A DNA stretch of 64,000 nucleotides from Halobacteriovoraceae bacterium (GTDB lineage: Bacteria; Bdellovibrionota; Bacteriovoracia; Bacteriovoracales; Bacteriovoracaceae), in assembly GCA_963719505.1 (NCBI GenBank), contig CAVRCF010000005.1:1056001-1120000 (forward strand). The letters run 5' to 3'. Below are positions 29,897 to 39,196 of the stretch, piece after piece. A model generated the notes under the pieces. The model had not been told where the DNA came from, did no database searches, and saw only the letters and a program-made list of their open reading frames with translations. A program made the translations under genes and the position numbers. How positions within the stretch are numbered: position 1 is the first letter of the stretch; each line of letters starts with the position of its first letter.

Positions 29897-30655
29897 ATGA
29901 CCCAATTTACTCATTTAAATAGCATTTACATGAACTACCTAGCACCATTACAAAAGTGGAGAATTATGGATTTAGAAAGCCTAAGGAGAGCATGTGACAC
30001 AGAACCAAACTACTTTCATTTTGCTAGAATTATCAGAGAAATGGAGAAAGAAAAGATTGTTGAATCATTTAAACATAGATTCAATGGGAAAAAATATATC
30101 TTTTTTAGCTCATTCGGAGAACGCCAAATATCGAATGAAAAGAATCCAACCGCTATATCAAAAGATTCTTTGATACATGATATGAAGGTGTCAGAATTAG
30201 CACAAAGTTTTTTTAATCTAAACTGGGTTGATTACATAAGTCTTGAGCATGAATTGTTAAATAAAAGAGACTTTAGGCAAACATTCAAAGTCATACCTGA
30301 TGCAATGATGGGTATCAAAGTCGGTGGTAAAAAAATTAATATTGCCTTAGAGCTAGAATTAACCCAAAAGCAGAAACAACGAATACGTGAGAAAGCTAAG
30401 CAGTATATAATTAGCTCGAAATATGAGTATGTTTTGTACTTTTTTTCAAAACAATCCGTGATGAACACCTATATGGAAGAAATTAAAAATACCGTGGGTG
30501 AGAAAAATTTAAACCGATTCTTGTTCGTAATTATACCATCATTGACAGCGAAAGAAACTGATCTAACAGAACTTGATGTGATCCAAGATCAGAACAAAAT
30601 GAAGTTACGAGATGTTTTTGAAGCTTATAAAAGGGGTGTAAATGCTCAACAATAG
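29897..30655 (+). CDS. Replication-relaxation/MOBC-like PD-(D/E)XK relaxase
   Basis: N-terminal wHTH-like region, LIHD, PD-x16-ELELTQKQKQR matching the D-x(6-17)-ExE(R/L)xxKxxxR pattern; directly after the coupling protein. Confidence 0.7.
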   Translation: MTQFTHLNSIYMNYLAPLQKWRIMDLESLRRACDTEPNYFHFARIIREMEKEKIVESFKHRFNGKKYIFFSSFGERQISNEKNPTAISKDSLIHDMKVSELAQSFFNLNWVDYISLEHELLNKRDFRQTFKVIPDAMMGIKVGGKKINIALELELTQKQKQRIREKAKQYIISSKYEYVLYFFSKQSVMNTYMEEIKNTVGEKNLNRFLFVIIPSLTAKETDLTELDVIQDQNKMKLRDVFEAYKRGVNAQQ

Positions 30656-30664
30656 ACATTTCCA

Positions 30665-30795
30665 TAGGCTCGCTAAACTCCTAATTTTGTTACCAAAATT
30701 CCCGCACCGAAATTGACTCCCTCTCTCTCACGATGATCGATAGATGGAGTCAATTTCTACGCGGGAAAAGTAATATAAAGAGTTAAGCGAGCCTA
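30665..30795. repeat. 131-nt imperfect inverted repeat, candidate oriT
   Basis: TAGGCTCGCTAAACTC/GAGTTAAGCGAGCCTA, TTCCCGC/GCGGGAA and GAAATTGACTCC/GGAGTCAATTTC nested arms. Confidence 0.8.
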
Positions 30796-30813
30796 ATATA
30801 AGGAGTAAAGAAG

Positions 30814-31182
30814 ATGGAAAATAATAATGAGGTAATAATAAAAAAAAGAGGAAGAAAACCAAAAAATCAAACAAGAGAGACAGTAATTAATAAAGAACAG
30901 TCAAAGTTTTTTGTAGATTTGAGTAATGAACAAGAGAGCCTTAGTTTGATTTTTGATTTTCTTCTAAAATGTAATGAAAAGAATTATGGCAGACCAATTC
31001 TTTTTAAAGACATTTGTATTTATGCTGTGAGCAAGCTTACAGATAAGGACGTAGACAAGATTCAAGAAGTAAGCCTTAGCGAGATGGAGAAAGTCCAAAG
31101 AGCACTTGATGACTACAATAAAAAGAATGGGCAAAAGCTTGAGTTGGGTGAATTTCTTGTAAAGAAATTAGGAATTAATTAG
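30814..31182 (+). CDS. Hypothetical ICE protein, possibly DNA-binding
   Basis: AAGGAG RBS; basic KKRGRKPK (AT-hook-like) N-terminus. Confidence 0.6.
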   Translation: MENNNEVIIKKRGRKPKNQTRETVINKEQSKFFVDLSNEQESLSLIFDFLLKCNEKNYGRPILFKDICIYAVSKLTDKDVDKIQEVSLSEMEKVQRALDDYNKKNGQKLELGEFLVKKLGIN

Positions 31183-31195
31183 GAGGGATTTAATT

Positions 31196-31504
31196 ATGAA
31201 TATGGACAATAGACAATTATTTATAGGAAGACTTGGAAAAATGCCAGACCTTAGATACACAAAAAATCAAAAGCCTGTTTGTTATTTATCTGTAGCGGTT
31301 ACAGATGAAGATCAACAACAAACGATTTGGAATAAGGTAGTAGTCTGGGGAAAACAAGCAGAACTTGCTAATTTATATCTAAAGAAAGGGAGTGAGGTTT
31401 TTGTGCAAGGCCGCAAATTACTGAAAGAATTTACAACTTCTGAAGGTCATAAAAAATCTTATGAAGAAATAAATGCGAGTTTAATCGGATTTTCAAACCT
31501 TTAA
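31196..31504 (+). CDS. ssb: Single-stranded DNA-binding protein without acidic tail
   Basis: IGRLGKMPDLRYT, WNKVVVWGKQAE, YLKKGSEVFVQG OB-fold motifs. Confidence 0.9.
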   Translation: MNMDNRQLFIGRLGKMPDLRYTKNQKPVCYLSVAVTDEDQQQTIWNKVVVWGKQAELANLYLKKGSEVFVQGRKLLKEFTTSEGHKKSYEEINASLIGFSNL

Positions 31505-31520
31505 AGAATAGGGAGTATGA

Positions 31521-31808
31521 ATGTCTTATAAACATAATTACATTCAGCCAAATTCAGGCTATAATAAAGCTTCTCAGAGGGATCATATCCCCTCTGGGTT
31601 GCTCTTTGAAAATAGAAATAATAATAAGATAGTAGACGAGAATGAAAGATGGCTAACAACGGATGAAGCTGCTTACTACCTAAATATATCTTCAAATGCC
31701 CTAAGAATCTTAGTTCATAGAGCACGAGTAAAGGCATATAAGTTAGGAAGCCGCTTAAGATTTAAAAAATCTGATCTGTTTACCGTTCTCCAATTAAAGG
31801 AGGACTAA
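31521..31808 (+). CDS. Excisionase-like helix-turn-helix protein
   Basis: WLTTDEAAYYLNIS...YKLGSRLRFKKSDL; abuts the integrase. Confidence 0.8.
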   Translation: MSYKHNYIQPNSGYNKASQRDHIPSGLLFENRNNNKIVDENERWLTTDEAAYYLNISSNALRILVHRARVKAYKLGSRLRFKKSDLFTVLQLKED

Positions 31809-32906
31809 ATGCCAATCTATAAACAAATAAAAAATGGCAATACCACTTATACGGTACTTGCTACTCAAAGAATAAATGGAAAACAAGTTAATCGTAAAAG
31901 ACGAAATATAACTTCCATGTCTCAAGCAAAACGAATAGAAGTTGATTTAAAAGTTGAGTTAAGACAACTCAAAGAAACTCCTCACAGATACACTTTGAAT
32001 GACTGGAGTAAAATCTGTATTAAAAAGATGCAGATACAGTTCAAAATATCCACAATTCAAGGTTATGAGGGAAATTTTAACAAATGGATCAACCCTTTTT
32101 TGGGCGAATTTTATATTGATCAAATAACTGGTTTTATGGTTCATGATTTAATCTATCAACATATTACAGGTATCAGTATGGAAGCTCGTCGTGGAATTTT
32201 GAAGAGGTTAAAAAGAATCTTCACAATGGCTATTGAGGAAGGAATACTATATAAAAACCCTGCATTTGGAATAACAGTAAAAGTTCCTGAAGCAAAACAA
32301 CTGGTTTTTAATCGCACAGAGATTAACACTCTACTTTATGAGGCTAACATCAATTCACATCCCTTTTACAATCACTGGGCAATGGCCTTACTAACAGGAA
32401 TGAGAAATGGAGAGCTTTATGCTCTAACTTGGACAGATGTAGACTTTGATAACAAAGTTATCTCTGTAACTAAGGCTGGTCAACTAAGGATGGTCTAGGC
32501 CCTACCAAAAGTACGAGAAACCGCTATATTCCAATATCAAATGAACTTGATATGTTTCTTAAAGACTTGAAGTCAAAGAGTGTAAATCCAGACAATAAAG
32601 TTTTAGAATCACATCAAGGAATGGTCTCAGGGAAATCAAGCAAAGGTACTGAGAGACTTTTGTCGTAAAATTGGTATTACCCCAATAAAATTCCATGATC
32701 TAAGGGCAACATTTATTACTCAATTACTTATCAAGGGAGTTTCCTTGGCAAAGGTTATGAAAATTGTAGGTCATTCGACTATCAAGACCACAATGCGTTA
32801 TTTGAGACTTGTCGCCCAAGATACCCAAGGAGCAACAGAAGTCTCTTGGAATAACCCTTCCTAAAGATAACAACGCGATAATGTTGTTAATCTCTTCCAA
32901 CGCTGA
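31809..32906 (+). CDS. Tyrosine recombinase/integrase with several 1-nt frameshifts
   Basis: LLTGMRNGEL in the first frame; downstream frames give PTKS, KFHDLRATF, VGHS..TTMRY, so catalytic R-K-H-R-H-Y are present; end approximate. Confidence 0.8.
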
Positions 32907-32973
32907 AGTTTTAAGCGATAGTGCTTACCAAAACTTACCAGTTAGACTAAAAATCAATCATTACATATATTTA

Positions 32974-32996
32974 GGAGTGGGCAAATCGCCCGCTCC
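32974..32996. terminator. Hairpin downstream of integrase
   Basis: GGAGTGGGC-AAATC-GCCCGCTCC. Confidence 0.5.
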
Positions 32997-33533
32997 AAAT
33001 CTTTGTATAAAACTCTCACTAAATTTTGTACTTTGAATCTCTGGCTTTTATAAGCCTTGCCCCTCTTTTTCCTGTAAAATAATTATAAATCCAACCCAAA
33101 TCCGCGAGAATCTTTTCCACTGCTCTGACAATATTTTTTTCATTCGGCTCATTTTGAGTTCGCTGGTCCATAGAGGTCGCATAGTTGCGCCTTTTTTTTT
33201 GCTCTAGCTCTTTTTTTTCAATTCGGCTCATTTTAAATCGCTATCTTTTTTTCCAACATCAAAATTTTCCGCGAGTAAACTCAAAACTCTCTTCAAAAAG
33301 CTCCCAGGTACTTTTTCATCTACTTATTTTGTCGCCAAAACAGCCATTCCCAAACCTTTATTCAAAAGTTGTCCCCTACTTCATTTCCATTCTCTATTTT
33401 CCTCCGATAAAAACACAACCTTTCTTCTCGAGCGTATGTTTTAACTACTCAAAGACGTACTCAAGGCGCACGTCTGCCTTGGTGGCAGTAGTTCAAGCTG
33501 GTTTACAATATTCATTTTTCAAAGAACACGCGC

Positions 33534-34904
33534 TCAGGTTTGTAAACTAAACTTAAACAATAAATTTTTCATAATCCTGTTAAGCACCACCTCCTGTTTA
33601 AAGTAAATTCTTAACTTTAGTTTCCGAGCACTTCGGATCAACTGCCCCGCAATATTTATGACATGACTTCTAACACTCTTTGAAAAATATCCAAGCTGTT
33701 TTACACGAATCCTTTCTCCACTTTTTCTATCTCGAACTGTTCGCCACTTCTCTTCCATGCAAAAAGAAATTACTCTCGTTAAATTATGTGCAAACGTTCC
33801 TACTAATCCAAAAATTTTATTCGCTCTCAAACGACGACAAGGAAAGTTTAAAAAATCAAAGCCGTACTTTTGCTCTCGAATATAGCTCTCTGCTGTTGCT
33901 CTATCTTTATAAAACTCAAAAACTTCTTCATTGTTCATCTCTGAAAAACCAATGTTTGTTATGATAGAATAATGTCTATAGTCGTGTTCTTCAGGATTGT
34001 AATTCTTAAAGAGGTCTCGAGCCTCATTGATATCATCTACGCTCTTTCGGGCTCTAATAAAAACGACTCGCATCTCCCCTAAGCTTTTAATTGGGTAATG
34101 AGACATCGCTATTTCACACTCTTTTGACTTGAAAAACTCAAGTTCTGTCTTCTCCCAATTCAACATATTTCGATTCTTCTTTCTAACATATCGACTTATA
34201 TTATCCCTAAGAACTATTGCAAACTTTGCTCCTTTGGCTTGAAGAGCTTTATAAACTTCTTGCTTTCCATATGCGGAGTCTGCTCTAAACCATCTTTCTA
34301 AATGACTTGGACAATTCTTAAAAATTTCATGCACCCAGCGCTCAGCATCTTTACCCGAATGAGTATTTCCAGGACGAAGATCGAACAAATAACTAAATCC
34401 AAATTGATCATAAGCATTTTGAGAATCAAGGCACCACATATTTTTATAGTTCCACGCCATCCCTTCCATATTTTTTCCGTAATGTTCATGAGGCGTAGAA
34501 TCCATTGAAAGAATAAACTTTATATCATCTGGAAACATCAAAGCTCTAAGCTCAAAAGTTAGCTCAACTAAAAATTCCTGTAATTTTTCAGCATGTCTAT
34601 TTCCAAATGACTTTAAAAAATCACCTTGAGTCCTAGCTGCAACCTTCCCAGTAAGTTCTGCAAACAATGGATCTTTATTTGAATTATCAATATCAGAAAG
34701 ACAATCATTTCCAACAACAAACGAATAAAGTAGAGATTTAAACTTATCTAATTGAGTTGGACCTATGTTTTTCTTTTTGCGGGGCATCTTAGATTTGAGT
34801 CTTTTATCTAGTTTTAGTTGCTTCCAGAGCTCTTCAAATAAAAATAGACCAGAATGAGAAGAGAATGTTTGAGAAGTTGATTCAATTTTGATAGTTTTGT
34901 ACAT
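33534..34904 (-). mobile_element. IS1380-family DDE transposase; element ends not resolved
   Basis: SSHSGL, MDST..EHYG, LRPGNTHS, RADSAY, Y..RATAE..IREQK motifs. Confidence 0.85.
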
Positions 34905-35268
34905 GGCAGTTCTTTTGCTAAAAAGCTTTTTTGGTTTGTTTTTTTTTGTTTGGCGATAAAAAGATATCAAAACAAAAAAGCTTTTTCTTTATGCAGGGCC
35001 GTAAAAAAAACACTTTTTTTTCAATTTTTGGGTGAATTTATCAAAATGATGAAAAGCCTTATTACGACTACTTGGAACGCACGATATTAGGTATCATCGT
35101 GCGCGGTTACGTAGAACCTTTTTTATTTTTATCCTACATCTCAACTCTTATTCTTTCCACGATTCAACTCAAATGTGTAGTATTTTTCACAAACTGACCG
35201 TATTTGACTCTTAACCTTTGAAATACGAAATGATCATTATAGACTCCTGTCATACAAAAAGGGTGACT

Positions 35269-36654
35269 ATGAAATATCGAATTGAACAAGACACAATGGG
35301 TGACGTAAAAGTTGAAGACTCTAAGTACTGGGGAGCACAAACCCAGCGATCTTTAGAAAATTTCAAGATTGGAAATGATCACTTTACCCCCGAGATGATT
35401 AGAGCATTTGGTATTCTAAAAAAAGGCGCGGCCCAAGCCAACTATGAACTTGGAAAGCTTGAAGAAAAAAAGAAAGACCTTATCGTCAAAGCTTGCGATG
35501 AAGTCATTAGTGGAAAGTTAAATGACCACTTCCCTCTAGTCGTTTGGCAAACCGGCTCTGGAACGCAAACGAATATGAATTTCAATGAAGTGATTTCCAA
35601 CAGAGCAATTGAATTAGCCGGTGGAGAGATGGGAAGTAAGACTCCAGTTCACCCAAACGATGATGTGAATAAGTCACAGTCTTCAAATGATACTTTTCCC
35701 ACGGCCATGCATATCGCAGCTATTGAGCAGATAGAATCTTCTCTTATTCCAAACTTAGATAAGTTAATAAAAACCTTTAGTGAAAAAATTATTGAATTTG
35801 ATTCTATTGTAAAAATTGGAAGAACTCACTTAATGGATGCAACCCCCCTTACTTTGTCTCAAGAGTTCTCTGGCTATCTTACTCAACTTAAGCACGGTAA
35901 AAAGTGGATAGAACAATCGCTGGAGTTTTTAAGAGAGCTGGCACTTGGAGGGACTGCTGTTGGCACCGGTCTCAACACCCATCCCGACTATGCAAAACTT
36001 GTTGCAAAAAAGATTAGTCAGATCTCTGGTCATAAGTTTGTCACAGCAGAGAATAAATTTGAAGCATTGGCCGCTCACGATGCTGTCGTTGGAGCCTCAG
36101 GTGCGATTAAAAGATTGGCCTGTTCCGTCTTTAAAATTGTAAACGATATTCGATTCCTGGCCAGTGGTCCAAGGTGTGGTTTTGGAGAACTTGAACTTCC
36201 GGCTAATGAGCCCGGCTCTTCAATTATGCCTGGAAAAGTTAATCCCACCCAGTGTGAAGCTCTCTCAATGGTTTGTGTTCAAGTCATGGGTAACGATGCT
36301 GCCATAAGTTTTGCAGGGTCACAGGGAAACTTTGAGCTCAACGTCTACAAGCCGGTGATGATTCACAACCTTCTGCACTCCATAAAAATTTTAGGCGACG
36401 CTCTTGTGTCTTTTAATGAAAACTGTGCGGTTGGGATCAAAGCAAATAAGAAAAATATAGATAAACATCTCAATAATTCTCTTATGCTCGTGACCGCTTT
36501 AAACCAACATATTGGGTATGATAAAGCGGCCAAAGTCGCAAAGAATGCCTTTGATAAAGATTTGACACTCAAAGCCTCCATCGTGGAACTTGGCTATATG
36601 GATGAGGAGACATTTGATAGCCTTGTCGTCCCTAAGGAGATGACTCACCCCTAA
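35269..36654 (+). CDS. fumC: Class II fumarate hydratase
   Basis: [35 protein letters not shown] signature. Confidence 0.97.
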   Translation: MKYRIEQDTMGDVKVEDSKYWGAQTQRSLENFKIGNDHFTPEMIRAFGILKKGAAQANYELGKLEEKKKDLIVKACDEVISGKLNDHFPLVVWQTGSGTQTNMNFNEVISNRAIELAGGEMGSKTPVHPNDDVNKSQSSNDTFPTAMHIAAIEQIESSLIPNLDKLIKTFSEKIIEFDSIVKIGRTHLMDATPLTLSQEFSGYLTQLKHGKKWIEQSLEFLRELALGGTAVGTGLNTHPDYAKLVAKKISQISGHKFVTAENKFEALAAHDAVVGASGAIKRLACSVFKIVNDIRFLASGPRCGFGELELPANEPGSSIMPGKVNPTQCEALSMVCVQVMGNDAAISFAGSQGNFELNVYKPVMIHNLLHSIKILGDALVSFNENCAVGIKANKKNIDKHLNNSLMLVTALNQHIGYDKAAKVAKNAFDKDLTLKASIVELGYMDEETFDSLVVPKEMTHP

Positions 36655-36771
36655 AAGAAATTTTCTCGCTGGTGATTTTTGTGTAAAATTCTACACATAC
36701 AGTCTGAAAAAAAATGATAATTTTTATGCTAGAGTGAAGTTGTGAGATATTTTTAACTCAAGGAGATTAAG

Positions 36772-37092
36772 ATGAAAATTGACATTACCTACAGACATGT
36801 TGAATCAACCCCAGCGATTGAAAGTAAAATTCACGAAAAGGCGACACACCTTGAAAAGTATTTTGATGGTGACATCGACGTAAAGTGGGTGTGCGATGTT
36901 GATCGGCATCAACAAAAAAGTGAAGTGACTGTTCACTACGGAAAACAGCATTACTTTGCGAGCAGCGAAGATATGAACCTTTATAAAACTTTTGATCAGG
37001 TGGTGAGTAAAATTGAGAAGCAAATTCGAAAGAACTCTAAAAACCTCCACTCAAAACATACTGAAAGCTTAAATTTTGAACAAGAACTTTAA
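36772..37092 (+). CDS. hpf: Ribosome hibernation promoting factor (HPF/RaiA)
   Basis: MKIDITYRHVESTPAI...EDMNLYKTFD..KIEKQIRK. Confidence 0.85.
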   Translation: MKIDITYRHVESTPAIESKIHEKATHLEKYFDGDIDVKWVCDVDRHQQKSEVTVHYGKQHYFASSEDMNLYKTFDQVVSKIEKQIRKNSKNLHSKHTESLNFEQEL

Positions 37093-37112
37093 TTAAAGAA
37101 AGTGATTCATTC

Positions 37113-37142
37113 TCCGCCTAGAGATCAAAACCTTTAGGCGGA
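37113..37142. terminator. Bidirectional terminator hairpin
   Basis: TCCGCCTA...TAGGCGGA between convergent genes. Confidence 0.6.
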
Positions 37143-37144
37143 AT

Positions 37145-37723
37145 TTAGTTTTGGTGATCTCTTAAATCTTCTTCTGGAACCATCACGACTTTATTTCTTC
37201 CAAGCGATAAACTAGCACTGAAGCAGCCCTCATCCTCAGCACAAACATTATGGAGAAATCCGTCATCACAAAAAACCTCTACCCTATCTGAAGCTTCTCT
37301 TATGGTTGTTCCACAAAAGTGATAGTGATCATTTTCACAAGGCTCAAAGTTTCGCTCTTTGAGTGAACCTTCAATTACCTCATCCACAACAAATTCAGGA
37401 TGAGTGTGAACACCTGTAAATTTATCTCCAGTAAAATAGAGCGTTTCAAATTTTAACGTCCCATGAATAGTCTCTCTTTCGAGATAATTTACTTTTGCAT
37501 GACTTTGACCTGGAATCGCTTTTGGCTTGACTCCGAGTTCTAAGACCTGTTTTTTAAGGACTTTAAAAATGATTTTTAAATTTTCTAGAATCTTATCTTG
37601 GCATTTTTCGTTTTCAATATTTTCAATATATTTTTCAACGGTACTATAATCAAGATTGTTGCAGTACCGTACTTTGCATATTCCTGACTTAGATTTGTCT
37701 ACCTCTGTCTCAACTTTTATCAT
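37145..37723 (-). CDS. Hypothetical cupin-like (cysteine dioxygenase-like) protein
   Basis: TGVHTHP...VIEGSLKE...LHNV metal-binding cupin pattern. Confidence 0.5.
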   Translation of the reverse strand: MIKVETEVDKSKSGICKVRYCNNLDYSTVEKYIENIENEKCQDKILENLKIIFKVLKKQVLELGVKPKAIPGQSHAKVNYLERETIHGTLKFETLYFTGDKFTGVHTHPEFVVDEVIEGSLKERNFEPCENDHYHFCGTTIREASDRVEVFCDDGFLHNVCAEDEGCFSASLSLGRNKVVMVPEEDLRDHQN

Positions 37724-37758
37724 GCTTAATTCTAACCAGAGTTTTACGCTTTTTCAAG

Positions 37759-38130
37759 TTACAGTAATCTCGCACCTTTAGGGACATCTTTATCAAGGTC
37801 AAAAAGAACAATCTCACCTTGAGCGTCTGCAAAGCCTAAAATGAGGACTTCAGACATAAATTTTCCAATTTGCCGGGGCTTAAAATTGACAACGGCCACA
37901 ACTCTTTTTCCAACCAGTGAGTCTGAACTGTAATGATGGGTGATCTGTGCTGAGGATTTTTTTATGCCAATGGGATCTCCAAAATCAACCTTTACTTTAA
38001 ACGCGGGATTTCTTGCTTGGGGAAAATCATGGGCTTCAACAATCTCTCCTATTCGCATATCGACCTTTAAAAAGTCTTCAAATGGAATTTCTTCACTTAT
38101 AGGAGAGCTTGCTGAAAAATTGATGTGCAT
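37759..38130 (-). CDS. csaA: CsaA/tRNA-binding OB-fold protein
   Basis: DFLKVDMRIG, SSAQIT, VVNFKPRQIGKFMSEVLILG. Confidence 0.9.
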   Translation of the reverse strand: MHINFSASSPISEEIPFEDFLKVDMRIGEIVEAHDFPQARNPAFKVKVDFGDPIGIKKSSAQITHHYSSDSLVGKRVVAVVNFKPRQIGKFMSEVLILGFADAQGEIVLFDLDKDVPKGARLL

Positions 38131-38513
38131 TATTTAAGTTTTTTATCTACCGAGTAGTTACCCGCACCCGTAAAAAGGAGAACGATATACATGCAAAGAT
38201 AGAGAATTGCTTTTTCTTTAACGGCCCATGGATCACTGCTATGAACGATAAAGGCCGCAACAAACATTGTGATGATAAGTGGTATACTGGCAAGACGGGT
38301 TTTTAATCCAATGATAAGAAGGAAAGAGCAAATCGCTTCAGCAAATACGGCCATAGCGAGGGAGAAAGTGACTCCTAAACCAATCGGATCCGCAAATTGA
38401 ATTTCTCCACCTGCAAGAAGCATTTGAAACTTTGGTATCCCGTGAGTAAGCATAAGACAGCCTACAGCGACTCTTAAAAATAATAATCCTAAATCATTTG
38501 TTTTTGTATTCAT
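38130..38513 (-). CDS. DoxX-family membrane protein
   Basis: GLLFLRV..G..MLTHG.PK, GLKTRLA, GAGNYSVD. Confidence 0.9.
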   Translation of the reverse strand: MNTKTNDLGLLFLRVAVGCLMLTHGIPKFQMLLAGGEIQFADPIGLGVTFSLAMAVFAEAICSFLLIIGLKTRLASIPLIITMFVAAFIVHSSDPWAVKEKAILYLCMYIVLLFTGAGNYSVDKKLK

Positions 38514-38522
38514 TTTACATCC

Positions 38523-39092
38523 TTAGTATTTAACTGAACATCCATATGGTTTTGTTTTAAAGTAATCAATACTCTGCCCATCTGCGAGCTTTGCCAAAGT
38601 ATCGTCGACGTAGTTTGTCGCTTTTTTTATATCGTTCTCATTGGCCGAAGCAATGCTGTCAATAGCACCTTCATAAACCAACTTGCCTTTGGGGTTAATG
38701 ATATACATATGAGGAGTTGTTTTAGCTTCAAATTTTTGCCCCGTTCTTCCTGCAGTATCAATAAGAAGAGCTCTTGAGTTCATGCCTTCAAGATCGTAAA
38801 TTTTCGACGCTGCTTTTTCATCTTTTAAGTAACCTTGTTTATCGACATTACTTGAGTTGATAGTGAGCCATACAACTTTGCTTTTATATTTCTTTTGAAG
38901 CTTCTGCATATTTTTTGAATCGTAATGCTTTCTAACAAAAGGGCATCCATGATTAAACCATTCCAAAACGACAATCTTTCCCTTAAATTCTTCTAAAGAG
39001 TAGGTTTTTCCATCATGCCCTCGAAGCTTAAAGTTTAGATCTTTTGCAAAAGTCGCTGACGCAATAAGTGATAAAAGTATTAAAAGTTTCAT
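38523..39092 (-). CDS. Redoxin/AhpC-TSA family protein
   Basis: VLEWFNHGCPFV, AKTTPHMYI, YEGAID, PYGCSVKY. Confidence 0.85.
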   Translation of the reverse strand: MKLLILLSLIASATFAKDLNFKLRGHDGKTYSLEEFKGKIVVLEWFNHGCPFVRKHYDSKNMQKLQKKYKSKVVWLTINSSNVDKQGYLKDEKAASKIYDLEGMNSRALLIDTAGRTGQKFEAKTTPHMYIINPKGKLVYEGAIDSIASANENDIKKATNYVDDTLAKLADGQSIDYFKTKPYGCSVKY

Positions 39093-39196
39093 AATCCCTC
39101 GTTTTTTTGAATAAGAATATAAAATCATTTGTTTCTTTAATACACAACAAAAGAAATTGTATTTTCGATTAGGAAGCTTTTGGGTATGATAAGATC

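Larger units (their letters stand above)
19425..32996 (+). mobile_element. Integrative conjugative element backbone; cargo probably extends left beyond position 1
   Basis: Co-directional T4SS, coupling protein, relaxase, ssb, excisionase and tyrosine integrase; att sites not identified. Confidence 0.8.

Noticed and set aside
33019-33550. ORFs 33019..33231 and 33185..33550 as real genes
   Set aside because: Low-complexity homopolymer-rich sequence, no RBS or recognisable motif
33095-35091. IS1380 terminal inverted repeats (CCCAAATCCGCG at 33095 versus candidates near 35032 or 35091)
   Set aside because: Only about half the positions match and no target-site duplication was found
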